In this document: positions 1-11,515 of the stretch, one piece after another
How the letters are laid out: each line of letters opens with the position of its first letter
Numbering within the stretch: position 1 is the stretch's first letter
NCBI RefSeq assembly: GCF_046119375.1
Contig: NW_027362971.1
Coordinates: 2,108,001 to 2,172,000 of the forward strand
From: Phyllobates terribilis
Lineage: Eukaryota
DNA length: 64,000 nt
Direction of reading: 5' to 3'
Program-made: the position numbers and the translations under genes
The notes under the pieces: model-generated
What the model saw: the letters and a program-made list of their open reading frames with translations, nothing else
Told to the model about the DNA's origin: nothing
Database searches by the model: none

Positions 1-464
1 CGAGAGCAGTGGTGATAAAAAGTGAAGATGCCAGCAAGTGAGTATAAGAGTAGGGTCAGGGACCTTAGATTAGAAGCACCAACTCCAGTGCTGCACTAAA
101 AAAAAAAACAATAAGACAAAAACACTCCACCAGTGCTTGAAGTAATTAACAAGCTGCAGATTTAAAAAATGTTGTAGAGCTCAAATTCAGTCTGAAAAAA
201 AAACAAGCGTGTTCAAATGATTTCTGAAATCTCATAGCTTTTGCTGCTACTGTAAAGCTTCTTTTCTGCAGAAGAAAAAAAAAAACACTGCATGTGAACA
301 TAGCCTTAAAGCTTACTTATACACAACTCCCATTATTCAAAGTGACATGATAGCCGATAAAAACTAATGTAAGAAATGCACCTTTGCTTTGCGGGTTAGG
401 TACAAGTCTAAAGTGCACGTTACTGAGTGCTCACTACAAGGCACATGGGGGCACTGTAGATTAA

Positions 465-1089
465 AGGCCCCGTCACACTTAGCGACGCTGCAACGATCCC
501 GACAGCTATACGACCTGTCAGGGATCGTTGCTGCTTCGCTATGTGGTCGCTGGTGAGCTGTCAAACAGGCAGGCTCACCAACGATCAGGGGAGCAGCGAC
601 ATCGTGGAAAGAATCTTTCCACGATGTCCTGCTCCTGGTTACGAGCCTGCTGAAGCAGGAGCAGGCTGGTAACTATGGTAAACATCGGGTTACTAGGGGC
701 ACACGCGCTCCTAGTAACCCGTTGTTTATCATGGTTACCACTCTGCTACAGTGAGCGGGAGGTTACCGCTCACTTTAGCAGGCTCGTAACCATGATAAAC
801 AGCGGGTTACTAAGTGCACGTGTGCCCCTAGTAACCCGATGTTTACCATAGTTACCAGCCTGATCGCTGCTCCCGCTGGTCACACACAGCGATGTGTGCT
901 GACCAGCGGGAGGGCAACGACCAAAAAATGGTCCAGGACACTTTGCAGCGATCAGCGACCTCACAGCAGGGGCCTGATCGTTGCAAAGTGTCACACATAG
1001 CGACATCGCTGGTGAGGTCGCTGTTGCGTCACCAAAACCGTGACACAGCAGCGATCTGGCTAGCGATCTCGCTGTGTGAGACGGGGGCT
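465..1089. mobile_element. MITE (PIF/Harbinger-like TIRs), multi-hairpin, inserted at the PROKR-like stop codon
   Basis: TIRs AGGCCCCGTCACAC (465) and GTGTGAGACGGGGGCT (to 1089), flanked by TTA on both sides (461-463, 1090-1092). Internal ~77-bp inverted repeat at 662-738 / 786-862. Confidence 0.8.
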
Positions 1090-1735
1090 TTACACTCTTG
1101 GAGCACTGTATGTCTCTGTTGATAAGGTTCGTTTTTCCCATGGGTTAATCAGTATTTTAAAGCAACATTTTGCTTGATTTTTCCCAGTCACGAAACACAG
1201 CGTGTTGATGATGCTATTACTAATAGCTATGCACTCTACGATGTAGTAAAGCGCGATCGCGTACCTCTCTCGTAACAGCAGACCAGGAAAGAAATCTCTT
1301 ACAATTGCATAACTATAAAAGGGTGACCAGCACAGAACATAGGCCGAAAGCACAGCAACCAGCACCAGGACGCTCTTTCTCCTAGCTTGTAGTCGGCTTT
1401 GTAGCTGTTGCGTCTGTTCTCCTGGTAAACTCTTAAACCAAAGCTCATGACAAATGCGAACATAGCACATGCTCATAATAAACACAGGAATTACGAATTC
1501 TACAGCCAACAGAAATAAAGAGTACGATTTGTAGTACACGGCTCTATCGGCAGGCCAAATTTGGCCACAGAAAACCTTCCCTCCGGACTCGTGTGAAGCG
1601 TCAAACACAGTTTCCGTGGCAAAATAAGCGGTGGGAGCTGCGATCACGGTAGCCGATGACCAAATAAGAAATAAAACTCCACAGGCCGTCTGCAACTTCA
1701 TACGTGGCTTCAGTGGATGCACAATCAGAAGGTAT
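1090..1735 (-). CDS. Prokineticin receptor-like GPCR, coding exon 2 (TM4-TM7 and C-tail)
   Basis: Acceptor ttctag|A at 1735 completes DRY (AG|A TAC). Encodes YLLIVHPLKPRM, KVFCGQIWP (ECL2), CWSPFY (TM6) and NSIINT (TM7), all PROKR-type motifs. Stop TAA at 1092-1090. Confidence 0.93.
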
Positions 1736-2089
1736 CTAGAAAAGAGGAACGTTTTTTTTGTCTCGTCAGGCTGGTTTCAATAATTCGCAGAAAGCAATTA
1801 CACATCGCTACATCCTATTTAAAATAAGAAAAAATTAATCAAACCCCCACCACTGCCATTGCAAATTAGGGTTTATTAGCTACATTTACAAACTTTGCTG
1901 CTTGCTGTGAACTCATCAAACAAGAACAATTTGAATAGCTCAGCACAACTAATATAATGTATTATGTTTTCAAAATTGCACAAAATACCTCTTTATTAAT
2001 AAATACTGCGGTATCAGAATTGTTCAAGCCCCTGAATAGAATCCACCATTAGCACACACATTTTAGCAACAGGTGGTTTGCTGTCTTAA

Positions 2090-2632
2090 AGAGAACCTGT
2101 CACCAGTTTTTTAGTGCATGAACAAATACCACCACCTCCATCAGTGCCTGTGCTACAAACTTGTATATTAATCGCCTGACTTTCCACCAGCCTGTATATC
2201 CTACAAAAAACGTTTGAATTTCTCCTGCGCTGTATGTAAATCTGGACGGTCTGGTCCGATGGTCGTCATTGCTGCGACATCTGTCCCTCCGTTCTGCTGG
2301 TAATCACCATCCTCTGGCTTTAATTGATGTGAATGACGCATCTTGCGTCATCCACATAGCCGAACAAAATCTCGCAGCTGCGAAGAGACAACGCTGGCTC
2401 GCACAAGCGCACTTTGCTCTGCCCTACTGCAGACAGAGTATAAAACATAACTGCATGTGGGCCACCACGGTCCGCATGCGCAGCTATGTTTTATACTCTG
2501 TCGACGATGTCCCTGCGCAGGAACAATTCAAAAGTTTTTTTGGGAGATATACAGGGGGACACGGATAATATACAAATTTATGAAGGTGGTGGTATTTGTT
2601 CATATACAATAAAAACTGGCAACAGGTTCACT
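2090..2632. mobile_element. TTAA-target MITE (T2/Kolobok-like); representative of many copies, e.g. 6006-6265, ~33230-33688, ~58153-58866, ~59451-59925
   Basis: TTAA|AGAGAACCTGT ... ACAGGTTCACT|TTAA, with TTAA at 2086-2089 and 2633-2636. Confidence 0.7.
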
Positions 2633-3695
2633 TTAAGTATACTGATTAAAGAATTCATTTGTTTCATGAGGTGTGCTTAAGAAAAACACATCAAACACCT
2701 GGACTAGGTAGGGGCTTGATGATTATGACGTTTGATTGCATGTTAGTGAAATTTAAATATATGTCTAGAGTGGTCTAAAAATTTAAAAGGAGTCAGTCAC
2801 CCCCCCAAACTTAATTAAACTTTATACAGTTTAACAGGAGACTTTGCCCCTATAAAATTCATAACCTGCAGTATAGATTTATCTTCTCTAATAGTGCAGA
2901 AAATGTTTTGATTGCATATGCAAATTTAGACTTTTCAGTACGCCCGTAGTCTGACAAATGGCTCAGTGCACCATTGTGCCCCTTTAATCAGGAAGCTGCG
3001 CACCTCCCTTTAGCTTGATTAACAGCACTTGCCTGGCTATGAGTGAGAAAGGGTTAGTGCAGATGTGCTCTGGGAAAACAAGCACTGTCAATAAAGCTAA
3101 GGGAAGGTGTGCGACAAGTTGATTGAAGGTGCGCAATGATGCAGTGAGCCCTTGGCCACACCAAGTGTGCATTGAGGAATCCTCATTTACTCATGCAACA
3201 AAAAACTGTTTTCTGTACAATTAGGATATGTGCACACGATCCGGAGCCGCTGGGTGTTTGAAACTGCGTGTTTATGCAACGTCAAACCCGCAGCGGCCAG
3301 ATGTTATAGCATAGTGGATGGGATTTCTAGAAATCCCATGTCCACTATGTGTATCTGGGTACCTGCGGATCACCTGCAGAAACTGACATGCGGCACGTCT
3401 TTTCAGACCGCAGCATATCAATTTCTCTTGCAGGTCCGCTAGTGGACTTTCTCCATAGACCTAACCTCTATAAGGAAAGTCTGCAGGTGTAAAAAAAAAA
3501 TGGCGCCGCTCATTTGCATAATGAGCGAAAGCCGTGTGGCTATTCCGCAGCGTCGGGGTCGCAGCCGGCTCCGGACAGTGAGCACATACCCTATAAGAGA
3601 GAAATTTATACTCCAGGTATGAGTTTTATAGAGGCTAAGTCTCCTTATAGGATTGTATAAGTAGTGCCCTTGAGTTTGGGGGCTGACACTCCCTT

Positions 3696-5216
3696 TAAGA
3701 GAAGACATCATTGCCTTTCACAAATAAGCAAAAGAATAAAAGAAAAAGATGGCAAACCACTAAATGTTCCTAGAGATACAGCTAGAAGCAAAGTTCACAA
3801 GTTCAATGTTAGAGGAGTACTGGATGCACTGCCTGGATATTGCAGAAATATGACGTTATCAGCGGCCATCAGACTACTGAGGAGGTAGGTGATCAAAAAA
3901 CACGACTGCAAAAGACCTGCAGCAAGATTTTGAGCCATCAGGCAGTAAGGTTTCAATTTTCACAGTAAGGTGTATAATAAACACTTAAGGTCTCTATGCA
4001 CGGCTTCAATATGCTCAAAACCATATAAATAAGCCGCAAAAAATTGGGATTCTGTTCTGTGGAGGAATGTAACAAAACTGGAGCTTTTTTGGCCTGTGGA
4101 TCTGCGGAATGTCAGGAGGAGGAAGAATTAAATATACACTGAAAAGAACACCTACAGTGAAGCATGGCGGTGACTCAGTGATGCCTACAGTGAAGCATGG
4201 CAGTGGCCCAGTGATACCTACAGTAAAGCATGGCAGTGGCCCAGTGATACCTACAGTGAAGCTTGGCAGTGGCCCGGTGATACCTACAGTAAAGCAGAGT
4301 AGTGGCTTGGTGATGAATACAGTGAAGCATGGTGGGGGCTCGGTAATGCCTACAGTAAAAGCATGGTGGTGGTTTAGTGATGCCTACAATAAAGCAAGGA
4401 AGTGGCCCGGTGATACCTACAGTGAAGCATGGTGATCGCTTAGTAATGCCTACAGTAAAGTATGGTGGTAGCTTGGTGATTGCTACACTGAAGCCTGGTG
4501 GTTGCTTGCTGATGCCTACAGTGAAGCATGGTGGGGGTTTGGTGATGCCTATATTGAAGCATGATGGGGTTTTGGTGATGCTTTTAGTAGAGCATAGTGG
4601 GGGCTCGGTGATGCTTACAGTGAAGCATGGTAGGAGCTCAGTGATGCTTTGGGACTGCATTGCTTTTTCAGCAACTGGAAACCTGCAGCATGTGAAGGGC
4701 AAGATGGATTCAATCAAGTATCAGGAAATCCTAAGAGAAAATGTCTTGTCTTCTGTGAGGAGGCTAAAGCTTAAACATCATTGGCCTTTTCAACAGGACA
4801 GTGATAACAAGCATACCACAACGTCCAACAAGGATTGGAACCCCAAATAAAATCTTTAGTGGGATTTGCTTAAGGAGGTTGCAACACGAACACTCAAGAA
4901 TATTAGTGAACTGCCTATACTGCCTCAATAACACTACCAGACACTGGTGTCTGATTATGAAACACATTTGTAGTAGGTTGTAATAGCCATAGGGGCTCAA
5001 CTAAGTACTAAAGACGCCTGTCATGAAGGCAATTAATAATTCTGATACTGCACTAGTCAGTAAAGTGGCAATGTGTGCTGAACTTGGAGAAACCACTTGT
5101 TCTATGAGTTGTGCTCAGCTATTTGCATTGATCTTTGATTAGTTTATTACGGTTTTACAGTTTGCTAATAAATTTAATTTGCCAAGAAAGCTGGTGAATA
5201 ATTTTGATTGCAACTG
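3696..5216 (+). mobile_element. Degenerate, 5'-truncated Tc1-like transposon
   Basis: Broken frames resemble Tc1 transposase: LNVPRDT..., PTVKHGG..., ...GKMDSIKYQEIL, FQQDSDNKH. Right end ...GATTGCAACTG|TA at 5216. No left TIR seen. Confidence 0.8.
4151..4647 (+). repeat. 33-bp tandem repeat, ~15 units, of the Tc1 PTVKHGGGSVM motif
   Basis: Units start at 4151, 4184, 4217, 4250... with consensus CCTACAGTGAAGCATGGTGGTGGCTCAGTGATG and one +1 frameshift near 4360. Confidence 0.9.
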
Positions 5217-5280
5217 TATTTTGGTACTATATACTCCTTTGTCTAAAAGTTAATATATATTTTGTAACCGTCTGGCTCAC

Positions 5281-5675
5281 CTGTCTATGGCAATGGCGAG
5301 GAGTGCATTAGTTGAGACGTACAGAGAAAGCATCCGCAAGTAGATCACTGACGAGCAGATTATATGACCAAAGGCCCATGACTGTTCACGCACAACATAA
5401 TAGTCAATCTCGAAAGGACAGCAGATTACAGCCACAAGAAAGTCAGATACTGCTAAATTGGCAATCAGAATATTAGTCACATTTTGCATGTTCTTGTACA
5501 TGACTAAATTCAAAATGAAAAATAGGTTTCCTCCCCCACAGATTAGTATGACACATACAAGGGTCACACCGATAAACAATCTGACCACAAAAAGGACGTT
5601 TTCACTCGGCTTTGGACCTTCTTCTTCAAGCAAGAAATAAGTGTCCTCCAGACTTCGATTCCACAACTCTGCCAT
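5281..5675 (-). CDS. Prokineticin receptor-like GPCR, coding exon 1 (N-terminus to TM3)
   Basis: ATG at 5675 (MAELWNRS...), then GN in TM1, LIANLAVSDF in TM2, CCPFEIDYYVVR and YVSTNALLAIAID. Donor AG|GTGAG at 5281/5280 is phase 2 within DRY, as in PROKR1/2. 395+646 nt = 346 aa plus stop. Which paralogue this is cannot be resolved by eye. Confidence 0.92.
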
Positions 5676-7145
5676 TGATATGGAGCTGGATGTGTGGGTT
5701 GGTCTCCTGCTTCTCCTTATTTTTAATTTTTGCCTATGAAAACCAAAATACAACATACTTTGTGCAACAAAAAGTAACGTCACCCTAGAAGCTAAATAAA
5801 ATAGTTAAAAAAAGAGTCTTCTGTCCGTTTTTATTCCCATTTTAAAGCAAAATGCACCTGCAAAGTTGATTTCTGTAAAACAATAAAAATAAAATACTCT
5901 GCCCACTTCCCTCTTAGATTTCTAATTTCCATACCTCTTTCTGTAAAACCTCTGGACCATTATTGACCCATATTTATGTAAAACATCAAAAAAGTACATC
6001 CTTAAAGGGGTTGTCCAGTACTATGATATTAATCTCCTGTCTTTAGGATAGGTCATCAATATTAGATCAACAGAGGTCCAGCACCTGACACTATACAGTG
6101 TACAGAGCTGTGCCATTCTGCTCCATACCTTGGTAACATTCGGCCTCCACCTGAGCTGATAACAGTGGATCTGTAGGGGGTGACAGGTATCGGACCTCCA
6201 TTGATCTGATACCATTCACCTATCCTATGGATAAGACATCACTATCAACGTAGTGGACAACCCATTTAAAGAATACATATCGTCAGTTTCTGGCTGACGT
6301 TTTTATTTAAAGGGTTATCCTGGATTTTTTTATATTACCTAAGGGGCTAAGAACATATGAGCAAGAAGTTGCTAACTACCTGCCGTGCTACCCTACAGTT
6401 CGAAGTAGTCACACATCACTCTTGTCAGTAACTCTCCTGCTTCCTGTGACGTCACATTGACAGATCAGTTCCTTCTCTTCCGCCTTGCTCTGTCGAAGGG
6501 GCGTCAACTAGATGCCATGCTGATTGACAGCTGGCTTGGCCCAACACAGCGTGGAGCCGGCTGTCAATCAACATTACATCGGCAGTGATACCCTGTCGAC
6601 AGAGCAGAAGAGAAGGAACTGCTCTGTCGATGTGACATCACAGAATGCATGAGAATCGGTGGCAGGTGAAGTATGTGACCGCTATGAGCTAGGAGATATT
6701 GTCGCCAATAAGTGCATAGCACCTTATGGAAAATAAAAAAATTCCAAGAGAATCCCTTTAAGGGAACAGTTGCAACCACTAGTGATTTAACTAAATAACA
6801 CTTATTAGGTAAAATGTTGACAATTCTTGCTAATACCAAGCTAAATGACCCAACGTTTTAGCAAAATCTGTATCCGAACTTCCATGTTCTTCTAGCATGC
6901 AGAGCAGGATCCGACAACCCTCTGCTTTGAAAGCGGTAGATCTCATGCTTTCAACTAAACCAGCGACCCACATCCTCTACTAATCATTAACCACTTGCTA
7001 ACTGCTTAGTAAATGATGTGGCAGCACTGACTTAGTTGTGGGATCCCGCTTTATATTATTATTATTCCCTGACAAGCCTTTAAAACACAAACACAAGCTA
7101 AACTTGTAAGCTTCGTTCAGGTCTCGTAGATCTATGAAACCTCAC

Positions 7146-7198
7146 CTGAACTCCCAAGTCAGTGGTCTGCAGAATCGTGACGGAAGCTTTGGATGAAA
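7146..7198 (-). other. Candidate non-coding 5'UTR exon of the PROKR-like gene
   Basis: Minus strand: polypyrimidine tract plus ctcag| acceptor at 7198 and CAG|GTGAGG donor at 7146. Splice signals only. Confidence 0.3.
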
Positions 7199-7374
7199 CT
7201 GAGTAACATAATGAAACAAGAAAAACCACATGTAAAAAAAATAAAAACTGCCCTACTCCTTCCTTCCAAAATGGGATCTTTTCTATTATTAAAGCGAGAA
7301 GCCCTTAAATGGTTAAATGCATGCTAAACCTATATGTCATCTTCTTTTCTATATTCAAAACTATATGTTAGCTA

Positions 7375-9004
7375 CAGTACAGACCAAAAGTTTGGACACA
7401 CCTTCTCATTTTAAGATTTTTCTGCATTTTCATGACTATGAAAATTGTACATTCACACTGAAGGCATCAAAACTATGAATTAACACATGTGGAATTATAT
7501 ACTTAACAAAAAAGTGTGAAACAATTGAAAATATGTCTTATATTCTAGGTTCTTCAAAGTAGCCACCTTTTGCTTTGATGACTGCTTTGTACACTCTTGG
7601 CATTCTCTTGATGAGCTTCAAGTGGTAGTCAGCGGAAATGGCTTTCACTTCACAGGTGTGCCCTGTCAGGTTTAATAAGTGGGATTTCTTGCCTTATAAA
7701 TGGGGTTGGGGCCATCAGTTGTGTTGTACAGAAGTCAGGTGGATACACAGCTGATAGTCCTACTGAATAGACTGTTAGAATTTGTATTATGGCAAGAAAA
7801 AAGCAGCTAAGTAAAGAAAAACGAGTGGCCATCATTACTTTAAGGAATGAAGGTCAGTCAGTCCGAAAAATTGGGAAAACTTTGAAAGTGTCCCCAAGTG
7901 CAGTTGCAAAAACCATCAAGTGCTACAAAGAAACTGGCTCACATGAGGGCCGCCCCAGGAAAGGAAGACCAAGAGTCACCTCTGCTTCTGAGGATAAGTT
8001 TATCCGAGTCACCAGCCTCAGAAATCGCAGGTTAACATCAGCTCAGATTAGAGACCAGGTCAATGCCACACAGAGTTCTAGCAGCAGACACATCTCTACA
8101 ACAACTGTTAAGAGGAGACTTTGTGCAGCAGGCCTTCATGGTAAAATAGCTGCTAGGAAACCACTGATAAGGACAGGCAACAAGCAGAAGAGACTTGTTT
8201 GGGCTAAAGAACACAAGGAATGGACATTAGACCAGTGGAAATCTGTGCTTTGGTCTGATGAGTCCAAATTTGAGATCTTTGGTTCCAACCACCGTGTCTT
8301 TGACCGACGCAGAAAAGGTGAACGGATGGACTCTACATGCCTGGTTCCCACCGTGAAGCATGGAGGAAGAGGTGTGATGGTGTGGGGGTGCTTTGCTGGT
8401 GACACTGTTGGGGATTTATTCAAAATTGAAGGCATACTGAACCAGCATGGCTACCACAGCATCTTGCAGCGGCATGCTATTCCATCCGGTTTGCGTCTAG
8501 TTGGACCATTATTTATTTTTCAACAGGACAATGACCCCAAACACACCTCCAGACTGTGTAAGGGTTATTTGACCAAGAAGGGGAGTGATGGGGTGCTACG
8601 CCAGATGACCTGGCCTCCACAGTCACCAGACCTGAACCCAATCGAGATGGTTTGGGGTGAACTGGACCGCAGCGTGAAGGCAAAAGGGCCAACAAGTGCT
8701 AAGCATCTCTGGGAACTCCTTCAAGATTGTTGGAAGACCATTTCCGGTGACTACCTGTTGAAGCTCATCAAGAGAATGCCAAGAGTGTGCAAAGCAGTCA
8801 TCAAAGCAAAAGGTGGCTACTTTGAAGAACCTAGAATATAAGACATATTTTCAGTTGTTTCACACTTTTTTGTTAAGTATATAATTCCACATGTGTTAAT
8901 TCATAGTTTTGATGCCTTCAGTGTGAATGTACAATTTTCATAGTCAAGAAAATACAGAAAAATCTTTAAATGAGAAGGTGTGTCCAAACTTTTGGTCTGT
9001 ACTG
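7375..9004 (+). mobile_element. Full-length Tc1/mariner element, DD38E (Intruder-type), with 267-bp TIRs and TA TSD
   Basis: TA|CAGTACAGACCAAAAGTTTGGACAC ... GTGTCCAAACTTTTGGTCTGTACTG|TA. TIRs 7375-7641 and 8738-9004 are near-identical. Confidence 0.95.
7789..8841 (+). CDS. Tc1-family transposase, uninterrupted 350 aa, DD38E
   Basis: N-terminal paired-like HTH with GRPR motif, WSDE, PTVKHGG, QQDNDPKH and SPDLNPIE. Counted 38 residues between the second D and the E. Confidence 0.95.
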   Translation: MARKKQLSKEKRVAIITLRNEGQSVRKIGKTLKVSPSAVAKTIKCYKETGSHEGRPRKGRPRVTSASEDKFIRVTSLRNRRLTSAQIRDQVNATQSSSSRHISTTTVKRRLCAAGLHGKIAARKPLIRTGNKQKRLVWAKEHKEWTLDQWKSVLWSDESKFEIFGSNHRVFDRRRKGERMDSTCLVPTVKHGGRGVMVWGCFAGDTVGDLFKIEGILNQHGYHSILQRHAIPSGLRLVGPLFIFQQDNDPKHTSRLCKGYLTKKGSDGVLRQMTWPPQSPDLNPIEMVWGELDRSVKAKGPTSAKHLWELLQDCWKTISGDYLLKLIKRMPRVCKAVIKAKGGYFEEPRI

Positions 9005-9551
9005 TATATAGATAGTTAGATATATAGATATGATCTACAGTATAATGCTGTACAAAGCTTATATGACTGTGGTGGAAGATTCCAGTTTTATTTTTAATGT
9101 TTCATTTGCTGACTACACAACACATATTGGTTTTATACAGCAGACAGTTTAATTAAAGACAAAAGTTTTCTATAATCAGATTTATTCTAAAAGACAAAAA
9201 CAGCAAGAACATGACATCGGTGCTTGTGACTTCTAACTCCTCTCTACCAAAAACAATGCTTGTTTCTACATGGGGAGTCTTTTAGTGACACATTCAATAT
9301 GCAATGGTGATTGAAATAATAACTTGTTCTCATGGGAAACACATGAGTAGATATATTCGATCACGAAAGTCTTCGGAAATTTCATGAACAGTGTAAAAGA
9401 AGCCATTCTGAATGGAATAAGTACACAGATGGCTCACATGTGCCACCCCAATATGTATCACTCACTACAATTTTAAATAAAATAATGAAACATGTTAGTA
9501 ACGTCCCTAAAAGCAATTAGAATATAATAAAATATACAATGAAGCGCTTAC

Positions 9552-9681
9552 CCACTGTGCGAGGATGCAGACCTGTAGAACGCTGCTGCTTTGTGGCTAT
9601 ACAACCTCCGTTTGCATCCCTTCTTCAAATCTCATCAATTCAGGATCAGGAAGAAAAATCTGAAGATCCCTGGAGGAGGTG
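9552..9681 (-). other. Candidate non-coding 5'UTR exon of the PROKR-like gene, containing a short uORF
   Basis: Minus strand: ttttctttcag| acceptor at 9681 and GG|GTAAGC donor at 9552. Non-repetitive sequence. uORF MRFEEGMQTEVV*. Confidence 0.45.
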
Positions 9682-10861
9682 CTGAAAGAAAAGAAGACAC
9701 AGCTTAACTCTATCATGGACGCGTCTTGTTGAGCTGCATAGTTCTAATACAAATTTCATATTTACACCTTGCTCAGTTACATGCAAGCAAACTAACACAT
9801 GTAAAACAATAAAAGTTAGATCGCTACTACCTAGAAGAACATGTCATCCTGCCTGACTCAGGTAGATAGCAGCGCAATGCATGTACTACATAATATTTGT
9901 AAAAATCTGAAAACACTTATTTTATATACAGTTTTTATGCTGTTCACATTTATGTCACAGGTTTCCATTTATACCTAAAACCACAAAGTAGTGACCAATG
10001 GTTTATGCTAAAATACGATCCAGCAGGTTCAGTCGAGATGTCCATAATTTCAACAGGTTTAATTGCTCAGCATGCCAGATGTGAGCGGATTTTCAAAGTT
10101 TCATATAAGCTACTTTTGTTTCCATCTGATTGATGGACAGTGGTGTTTTGATTTTGCTAGCTATATTACTGAGATGAGACACAAATATACAGCATATAAG
10201 TTATGTTAAAAGGAATCTGTCAGGAAGATCAAGATAAACAACATGTAAAACAAAAAAAAACATTAGCAAACCACATAAATGGACATTCAGGTCTTTCAAA
10301 GTTAATCCCTCCATACCTTTATATTGTCTATCTTTTGCTGCATTCCTGGGAGATCTGCATTTGAATTCATATGCCAATAAGTATTTAAGTGCTTTGGGTG
10401 TAAAAGAGCACTTCCCGTTCCTCTGTCTCCCAGAAGTTGTTTTCCCATCTAGTGCCAGACTCTTTAGCTTGATTGATAACTCACTCTCTGTGTGACGTCA
10501 GGAACCAGGCAAGGAAATCAGACAGCGAGCATTAATCAAGCTAAAAACGCTGGTGCTAGGAGGGGTAATAACCTGAGGAGGCAGGGGCTCAGGAAGTGCT
10601 CTACCACGCCTAGAGCACTTAATGCTCAAATTACATGGTAAATAAAAGGCTGATTTTTCATAAGTGCAGCAACAAATAAAAGATATAAAGGAGTAGACGG
10701 ATTTAGCTGTCAAAGACCTGAATGACCATATATATGCAGTTTCTGGGGTTGTTTTATTGGCAGATCCAATTTAACATGTACTGTTGTGGTTATTGATATA
10801 AACCTGTTTGATGCATGTTTATCATGTGACAAGAGGAGGGGGTTGATATGATCCTCTAGTG

Positions 10862-11045
10862 CAGTGTTTCCCAAAGCCCATCCTCACGGCCCCCCACGGG
10901 TCATGTTTTCAGGATCTCCTTAGTATCACACAGGTGATTGAAGTATCAGCAAAGGCATCAGGAATTCTCTCACCTGTGTAATACTAAGGAGATCCTGAAA
11001 ACATAACCTGTGGGGGGGCTTGAGGATGGGGTTTGGGAAACACTG
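10862..11045. mobile_element. hAT-type MITE, 184 bp, near-palindromic
   Basis: TIRs CAGTGTTTCCCAA / TTGGGAAACACTG. Perfect 8-bp TSD CTCTAGTG at 10854-10861 and 11046-11053. Confidence 0.92.
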
Positions 11046-11217
11046 CTCTAGTGCATAGCCATGATAACTTTTTTTTTTTTTTTAAAAAAAGAACATCTTC
11101 TGGATACATTTTATGTGGAATTTCCTGACTTCTGGCAAAAGAGTGGTCAGTCAAGCAGGAGGAGAATAAAGCTGGAGTGACAGAGGCTTCAGATCTACCA
11201 TAGCTCTTCAACTTCCT

Positions 11218-11515
11218 TTAATAATAATAATCTTTATATAGCACCAACATATTCCACGGTGCTTTACATACATTATCATTGCTGTCCCCATTGGGGCTCA
11301 CAATTTAAATTCCCTATCAGTATGTCTTTGGAGTGTGGGAGGAAACCCACACAAACACGGGAAGAACATACAAACTCCTTGCAGATGTTGTCCTTGGTGG
11401 GATTTGAATCCAGGACCCCAGCGCTGCAAAGCTGCAGTGCTAACCACCGAGCCACCGTACAGTGCTAACCACTGAGCCACCGTACAGTGCTAACCACGGA
11501 GCCACCATGCTACCC
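11218..11515 (-). mobile_element. tRNA-derived SINE (V-SINE-like core, L2-like tail) with triplicated A-box; inserted into a MITE
   Basis: Minus strand: A-box TGGCTCAGTGG in three 25-bp units (11435, 11460, 11485), B-box GGATTCAAATCC, core GGAGTTTGTATGTTC...CCCACACTCCAAAGAC, tail TGTAAAGCAC...TATATAAAG(ATT)n. The flanks match the two halves of the MITE at 33500-33640. Confidence 0.85.

Noticed and set aside
5676-5783. 36-aa N-terminal extension of the receptor in the ORF track
   Set aside because: It begins at GTG right at the exon acceptor. The first in-frame ATG is at 5675.
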